Positions 26,662-32,000 of a stretch of 32,000 nt of DNA are shown here, piece by piece (position 1 is the stretch's first letter; every line of letters starts with the position of its first letter). The notes below the pieces were generated by a model that was not told where the DNA came from, made no database searches, and saw nothing but the letters and a program-made list of their open reading frames with translations. Made by a program: the position numbers and the translations under genes. Origin of the DNA: an uncultured Actinomycetes bacterium (GTDB taxonomy: Bacteria; Actinomycetota; Thermoleophilia; UBA2241); contig CAVYCN010000019.1 of NCBI GenBank assembly GCA_963767005.1, positions 63,611 through 95,610 of the forward strand. Direction: 5' to 3'.

Positions 26662-28881
26662 ATGTCGCCTGCCCGCCGCACCCTGCTCGCCAGCCTCGCC
26701 ACCCTCGTCGCTTTGTTCGCCGGCGCCCTGGCCCTGCCCGCCGCCGCCGCCGCGCTGACATCGACCGGCGACGGCTCCTGGGTGTGGCAGAACCCGCAGC
26801 CCATGGGCACCATCATGAACGGCGTCAGCTTCGTGTCGGCCAGCCAGGGCTGGGCCGTCGGCGACGGCGGCGCCGTGCTCATGACCATGAACGGCGGCGC
26901 GACCTGGACGGCCGAGCACTCCGGCTCGTCGGCGTATCTGACGGGCGTCGACTTCACCGACGCGCTGCACGGCTGGGCGGTCGGCGAGATCGGCTACGAG
27001 GGTGTGGTGCTGGCGACCACGAACGGCGGCCTGTCCTGGCGCCTGCAGGACACGGTCGCCAACGACGAGCTCACCGGGGTGCGGTTCGCCGACGCGCGGC
27101 ACGGCTGGATGGTCGGCCTGAACGGCACCACCTTCGCCACGACCGACGGCGGCGCGCACTGGACGAGGCACTCGGGCGCCGCCACCGACAGCCTGTACGG
27201 CATCGCCTGTGCCGGCACCCTGCGGGCCTGGGCCACCGGCGACGGCGGCGAGATCGAGGCCACGACCGACGGCGGCAAGCACTGGCGGCTGCAGGGCGTC
27301 GGCATCACGGACGAGGACCTGAACGCGGTCACCTTCGCCAGCGCTGCCGACGGTTGGGCGGTCGGCGATTCCGGCACGATCGTCGCCACGACCGACGGCG
27401 GCAAGCACTGGCGGCTGCAGGGCGTCGGCATCACGTCGGAGTACCTGAGGGCCGTCGCCTTCCGTGACGCCGCGCACGGCTACGCCGTCGGCAACAGCGG
27501 CACCGTCCTGCGCACGGCAAACGGCGGCAAGAAGTGGACCGCGAGCTCGCCGACGACGGTCGATCTGTGCGCGGTCGCCGCGCCGGCGACCGGCAGGGCC
27601 TGCGCCGTGGGGCGCGACGCGGTCTCGCTGCTCAGTACGAACGGCGGCAGCACCTGGACGCAGCACGGCGCCCAGGGGCCGACCGGAGAGCTCGACGCCG
27701 TGTCCTTCCCCGACGCCCTGAACGGCTGGGCGGCCGGCGACGGTGACGAGACCGTGCTGCACACCAGCGACGGCGGCGCCACGTGGGCGTCGCAGGACGC
27801 CGGCGCGGGAGCCGCGCTTCTGGCCGTGCATTTCGCCGACTCTCAGCACGGCTGGGCGGCCGGGTTCTCGGGCCAAATCTACGGCACCACCGACGGCGGG
27901 CAGACCTGGCAGCAGCAGGGCGCCGGGGTGACGACGCAGAACCTCGAGGCCGTCGCGACGACCGACGCCCAGCACGCCTGGGCGAGCGGCGAGGCCGGCA
28001 CCATCGTCGCCACGACCGACGGCGGTCAGACCTGGCAGCAGCAGAGCGTCGATCTCCCGACAGGCTACGGGACCGACACGGTCTACAGCCTGGCCTTCGC
28101 CAGCGACGACGTCGGCTGGGCCGCCTGTTTTAACCCGATGTCGGGCTCGCGGAACGGCGTGATCCTCGGCACCACCAACGGCGGCGGGACCTGGACGGTC
28201 CAGTACTCGAACGACAACGACGAGCTGTACGCCGCAGCCTGTGCAGGCACGTCCGACGCCTGGGTCGCGTCGAGCACGAACAGCACTGTGTACCGCACGA
28301 CCGACGGCGGCACGACGTGGACCCCGGTGGGGCTCGGCGCGCTCGCCAGCGGCGTGCTCAGCGTCGCCTTCGCCCCCGACGCTCTCCACGGCTGGGCGAC
28401 CACGTGGATGCCGACCGACGGCATTATCGCGACGACCGACGGCGGCGCCACCTGGACGGGGCAGGACGTCGGCACGGGCCAGTCCCTGTACGGCCTGGCC
28501 TGTACCGATGCGACCCACGCCTGGGCCGTCGGCGAAGAGGGCGGCATCCTCGCCACGGCCACCGGCGGCGTGCGCGACACGACGCGCCCCCGCACGACTG
28601 CGCTCAAGGCCGTCACGGTAGTGCACAACCACCGCTGCAGCCTGCGCTACAAGGTCACCGACGCGGGCGGCGGCACGGCCCTCGTCGTCATCCTCATCAA
28701 GACCACGCACGGCAAGCTCGTGCGCTCGCTCACGCTCGGCTCGCGAGCCGAGAACACACCGCTGTCGGTCTCGCTCAAGGCGACGATGGCCAAGGGCAGC
28801 TACCGCTGGTACGTCGTGGCGACCGACGCCGCCGGCAACACGCAGGCGAGCGTCGGCAGCGCGAAGCTGACCGTCAAGTAG
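26662..28881 (+). CDS. Secreted YCF48/BNR-type beta-propeller repeat protein with C-terminal Ig-like domain
   Basis: Signal peptide MSPARRTLLASLATLVALFAGALALPAAAAA; many repeats of the GWAVGDxGTIxxTTDGGxTW type; strong AGGGGGG RBS. Confidence 0.9.
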   Translation: MSPARRTLLASLATLVALFAGALALPAAAAALTSTGDGSWVWQNPQPMGTIMNGVSFVSASQGWAVGDGGAVLMTMNGGATWTAEHSGSSAYLTGVDFTDALHGWAVGEIGYEGVVLATTNGGLSWRLQDTVANDELTGVRFADARHGWMVGLNGTTFATTDGGAHWTRHSGAATDSLYGIACAGTLRAWATGDGGEIEATTDGGKHWRLQGVGITDEDLNAVTFASAADGWAVGDSGTIVATTDGGKHWRLQGVGITSEYLRAVAFRDAAHGYAVGNSGTVLRTANGGKKWTASSPTTVDLCAVAAPATGRACAVGRDAVSLLSTNGGSTWTQHGAQGPTGELDAVSFPDALNGWAAGDGDETVLHTSDGGATWASQDAGAGAALLAVHFADSQHGWAAGFSGQIYGTTDGGQTWQQQGAGVTTQNLEAVATTDAQHAWASGEAGTIVATTDGGQTWQQQSVDLPTGYGTDTVYSLAFASDDVGWAACFNPMSGSRNGVILGTTNGGGTWTVQYSNDNDELYAAACAGTSDAWVASSTNSTVYRTTDGGTTWTPVGLGALASGVLSVAFAPDALHGWATTWMPTDGIIATTDGGATWTGQDVGTGQSLYGLACTDATHAWAVGEEGGILATATGGVRDTTRPRTTALKAVTVVHNHRCSLRYKVTDAGGGTALVVILIKTTHGKLVRSLTLGSRAENTPLSVSLKATMAKGSYRWYVVATDAAGNTQASVGSAKLTVK
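27259..27435 (+). repeat. Intragenic 51-bp perfect repeat, 126-bp period
   Basis: GCCACGACCGACGGCGGCAAGCACTGGCGGCTGCAGGGCGTCGGCATCACG at 27259-27309 and 27385-27435. Confidence 0.95.
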
Positions 28882-30682
28882 AGGGTGAGAAAGGCCCGAG
28901 AGCGGCGGCCGGCGCAGCCGGCCGCCGCTCTCGCGGCACCGTGGCGATCGGCATCCGCCAGCCCACACCGAAGGCACGGTCGGTGACCTTCAGGCCCGGC
29001 GCCGCCTGCTTGCGCTTGAACTCGTTGGCGGCCACCAGGCGCACGACGCGCTCGACGGTCGCCCGCTCATAGCCGCGGACGACGATCTCGTCGGCCCCCA
29101 GGTGCTCCTCGATCAGCAGCGCGAGGATACCGTCGAGCACGTCGTAGGGCGGCAGGCTGTCCTGGTCGGTCTGGTCGGGTCGCAGCTCGGCCGACGGCGC
29201 CTTGTCGATGATCGCCCGGGGGATCACCTCGTGCCCCTCGCGCTCGTTCACAAAGCGCGCCACGGCGTAGACCATGGTCTTGGGCACGTCGGAGATCACG
29301 GCGAGACCGCCGGACATGTCGCCGTAGATCGTGCAGTAGCCCACCGCGAGCTCCGACTTGTTGCCGGTCGTGAGCAGCAGCGAGTCGAACTTGTTGGAGA
29401 GCGCCATGAGCAGGTTGCCGCGGATGCGCGCCTGGACGTTCTCTTCGGTCACGCCGGGCGGGAGCCCGGCGAACACCGGCGCCAGGGCCGCGTCGAAGGC
29501 GGCCATGAGGTCGGCGATCGGCAGGGTCACCGTGCGCAGGCCGAGGTTGGCGGACAGGGCGCGGGCGTCGGTCACGCTGCCTTCGCTCGAGAACGGCGAC
29601 GGCATGAGCACGGTCAGCACGTTGCCGGCGCCGAGCGCCTCGGCCGCCACGGTCGCAACCAGAGCCGAGTCGATGCCGCCCGAGAGGCCGAGCAGGGCGC
29701 GCCGAAAACCGCTCTTGGCGACGTAGTCGCGTACGCCGAGCACGAGTGCCTGCCACACCTCGGCGGCCGGCGTGAAGTCGTCGGGGGCAAGCGCGGCCGG
29801 CGGCGCGAGCGGCACAGCGCGTGCCGTGGCGGGCCCGTCGCGCCGGCCGGCGCTGGCGTCGCCGGCCGCGGCCGGCGACGCTGCGGCGGCCGCGTCGCCG
29901 GCAGGGCCGGCCGCGAGCTCGTCGAGCTCGACGACGAGCACGTCGGGGGCGAAGGCGGCGGCGCGAGCGACGAGCGCGCCTTCGGCGGTAAAGGCGCAGC
30001 TGCGCCCGTCGAAGACGAGCTCGTCGGCCGCGCCCACCTGGTTCACGTAGATCACCGGCACGCGGTACTTGCGGGCGAGCGCGCCGAGCATGGCCTCGCG
30101 GTGACGCTGCTTGCCCATGGTGAAGGGCGAGGCCGAGAGGTTGAGCACGCACGAAGCGCCGGCGCCGATCAGCTCGCCGACGGGGTCTGAGTGGTAGCGC
30201 CGCCGCTGCCAGAAGTCGCGGTCGTTCCAGACGTCCTCACAGACCGACACCCCCAGGCGGCGGCCGTCCCAGGCGAGCACCTGCGCACCCCGGGCCGGCT
30301 CGAAGTAGCGGTCCTCGTCGAAGACGTCGTAGGTGGGCAGCAGCGTCTTGCGGTAGACCTCGCGCACCTCGCCGCCGGCGAGCAGCGCGGCCGCGTTGAA
30401 GAGCGGCCGCCCGGCGCCCTCGTTGGTCTCGGCGAGACCGACGAGCAGGGGCGGCCCCGCGGCGAGCTCGCGCGCGAGCTCGCCGCACACCCGCCAGGAG
30501 CGCTCCACGAACGAGCGCCGCAGCAGCAGGTCGCGCGGCGGGTAGCCCAGCAGCACGAGCTCCGAGGCAACGGCAAGATCGGCGCCGGCGCGGCCCGCGG
30601 CCGCGGCGGCCGCGGCGATCAGCGCGGCGTTGCCCTCGAGGTCGCCGACCGTCGGGTCGAGCTGCAGAAGGGCGATCTTCAC
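28874..30682 (-). CDS. nadE: Glutamine-dependent NAD+ synthetase
   Basis: Nitrilase domain (VSVCEDVWNDRDFW, NLSASPF) and synthetase domain (LLGLSGGIDSALVATVAAEALG, TTGNKSELAVGYCTIYGDMSGG); GTG start. Confidence 0.95.
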   Translation of the reverse strand: MKIALLQLDPTVGDLEGNAALIAAAAAAAGRAGADLAVASELVLLGYPPRDLLLRRSFVERSWRVCGELARELAAGPPLLVGLAETNEGAGRPLFNAAALLAGGEVREVYRKTLLPTYDVFDEDRYFEPARGAQVLAWDGRRLGVSVCEDVWNDRDFWQRRRYHSDPVGELIGAGASCVLNLSASPFTMGKQRHREAMLGALARKYRVPVIYVNQVGAADELVFDGRSCAFTAEGALVARAAAFAPDVLVVELDELAAGPAGDAAAAASPAAAGDASAGRRDGPATARAVPLAPPAALAPDDFTPAAEVWQALVLGVRDYVAKSGFRRALLGLSGGIDSALVATVAAEALGAGNVLTVLMPSPFSSEGSVTDARALSANLGLRTVTLPIADLMAAFDAALAPVFAGLPPGVTEENVQARIRGNLLMALSNKFDSLLLTTGNKSELAVGYCTIYGDMSGGLAVISDVPKTMVYAVARFVNEREGHEVIPRAIIDKAPSAELRPDQTDQDSLPPYDVLDGILALLIEEHLGADEIVVRGYERATVERVVRLVAANEFKRKQAAPGLKVTDRAFGVGWRMPIATVPRERRPAAPAAALGPFSPST

Positions 30683-32000
30683 GCGTCGCCCGCGATGCCG
30701 GGCGCGGCCTGGGGCAGCGCCGGCTCGGAGAGCGTCGGGATGCGGCCGGCGAAGATGTTGCCGGTACGGCCGTCGATCGACAGCCAGTCGCCGGCGTGCA
30801 GCTCGGCGCCGGCCAGTCGGGCGACGCCGCTGCGCTCGATCACCTCGAGGTCGCGGCAGTCGACGACCGCCGTCTTGCCGAGCCGCTTGGCGGTCACCGC
30901 GGCGTGGGAGGTGGCGCCGCCGCGGGCCGTCAGGATGGCGTTCACCCGCGTGATCATGGCGATGTCCTCGGGCACGGTGTCGGGCCGCAGCAGCACGATG
31001 TTCTCGCCGGGCGCCTCGCTCAGGAGCTGCTCGATCTGCTGAGCGTTCACCGCGACGCGTCCCGAGTAGGCGCCGCCCGACACGCCCATGCCGACCGCGA
31101 CCGGCGGTCCGAACTCGGGCGACGACGTGTCGAAGTAGGCGGCCTCGCGCGACTGCCGGCGGCCCTGCACCACGGCGCGCTTCTGCAGCACGTACAGGTC
31201 GGCCGCGTCGGGCCCCTCGAAGGTGAACTCGAGCTCCTGCGGGTCGTACTCTTGCTCGCCGACGAGCTCGCGGGCGACCTTGAGCAGCTCGCCATAGACG
31301 GCGGGGTAGTCGCGCTCGAGCGAGTGGTCGGTGCCGCGATAGGTGGGGCTGCCCAGGCGCTGCGCCTCGGAGATCGGCAGCGGGAACACGAGCCCGCCGA
31401 CCAGGTCCTCGCCCTGGCTCTGCATGGCGAAGTCGCCGAACAGGCGCACCTGGCGGCTGTAGGGGTCGAGCGGGTTGTGGGTGAAGGTCACGCCCGAGCC
31501 CGACTCGCGGCTCAGGTTGCCGAACACCATGCGCTGCACGACGACTGCCGTCCCCCACTCCTCGGCCACGCCGACGTACTGGCGGTAGAGGCGGGCGTGC
31601 GGCGAGTCCCACGACTCGAGCACCTTGAACACGCACGACACGAGCTGCGCGAACGGGTCCTCGACGAACACCACCCCGCCCTGGCGGGCGCGGTCCTTGT
31701 AGGTGAAGGCGATCTCACGCATCTGCGCGACCGTGAAGTCGAGCTTCTGCTCGACGCCGTAGCGCTCCTTGAACTCGCTCATGATCGCGTCGAAGAAGTC
31801 GCGGTCGATGCCCGACGACATCGCCCACGACTGCAGGAAGCGCCGGTAGCAGTCCCAGGCGGCCCAGCTCAGGCGCGGCTCGGCCGACATCGACTCGGCG
31901 AGCTCGTCGTTCAGGCCGACATTGACGAAGGTCGTCATGAGGCCCGGCATCGAGACGGCGGCGCCCGAGCGGATCGACAGCAGCAGGGGGCGCGCGGGGT
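30679..32000 (-). CDS. Pyruvate phosphate dikinase-like protein: ATP-binding plus swivelling His domain, no PEP-binding barrel; 5' end beyond the window
   Basis: ALLLSIRSGAAVSMPGLMTTFVNVGLND, VVVQRMVFGN, GSGVTFTHNP, LTARGGATSHAAVTAKRLGKTAVVDC; stop shortly after the His domain. Confidence 0.87.
   Translation of the reverse strand, partial: PARPLLLSIRSGAAVSMPGLMTTFVNVGLNDELAESMSAEPRLSWAAWDCYRRFLQSWAMSSGIDRDFFDAIMSEFKERYGVEQKLDFTVAQMREIAFTYKDRARQGGVVFVEDPFAQLVSCVFKVLESWDSPHARLYRQYVGVAEEWGTAVVVQRMVFGNLSRESGSGVTFTHNPLDPYSRQVRLFGDFAMQSQGEDLVGGLVFPLPISEAQRLGSPTYRGTDHSLERDYPAVYGELLKVARELVGEQEYDPQELEFTFEGPDAADLYVLQKRAVVQGRRQSREAAYFDTSSPEFGPPVAVGMGVSGGAYSGRVAVNAQQIEQLLSEAPGENIVLLRPDTVPEDIAMITRVNAILTARGGATSHAAVTAKRLGKTAVVDCRDLEVIERSGVARLAGAELHAGDWLSIDGRTGNIFAGRIPTLSEPALPQAAPGIAGDA

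Noticed and set aside
24578-26761. 727-aa - strand ORF antisense to the diguanylate cyclase
   Set aside because: Frame shadow of a well-supported GAF-GAF-GGDEF gene; no protein-like motifs.
26422-28977. 851-aa - strand ORF antisense to the propeller protein
   Set aside because: Its internal repeats mirror the coding strand's blade repeats; no independent signature.
30683-31636. N-terminal extension of the 920-aa ORF merging into nadE
   Set aside because: Upstream part is the wrong frame of the PPDK-like gene; nadE begins naturally at the GTG at 30682 (MKIALLQLDPTVGDLEGN).

Overview
The window is very GC-rich, gene-dense bacterial chromosome of actinobacterial or related high-GC character; the lineage is an inference. 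It is mostly housekeeping and core-metabolic genes. I found no CRISPR array, prophage, transposase, rRNA or tRNA. In order it holds: an HTH-GAF-HD-GYP-sensor-GGDEF protein; a quinone-oxidoreductase-like MDR protein; yajC; a DUF998-like membrane protein; ftsH (apparently frameshifted near the N-terminus); a LuxR-type response regulator, histidine kinase (two apparent frameshifts) and ABC-2 transporter module; a fused anthranilate/aminodeoxychorismate synthase; pntAA-pntAB-pntB; feoB with a DtxR-FeoA regulator and a credible iron-box promoter; hutH; a shortened CopC-CopD-like fusion; a stand-alone rpsR; a solitary nucleotidyltransferase; an ArsC-like protein lacking the catalytic cysteine; a pirin; a GAF-GAF-GGDEF protein; a secreted YCF48/BNR-type propeller protein; nadE; and a PPDK-like protein that ends before the PEP-binding barrel. 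I see no clear multi-gene undescribed system. The best leads are the ArsC-like pseudoenzyme, the HTH-fused bifunctional c-di-GMP protein, the barrel-less PPDK-like protein coupled to nadE, the CopC-CopD internal deletion fusion, the 61-bp tandem duplication over the hutH stop codon, and the repeated GACGTTTGTC palindromic core.
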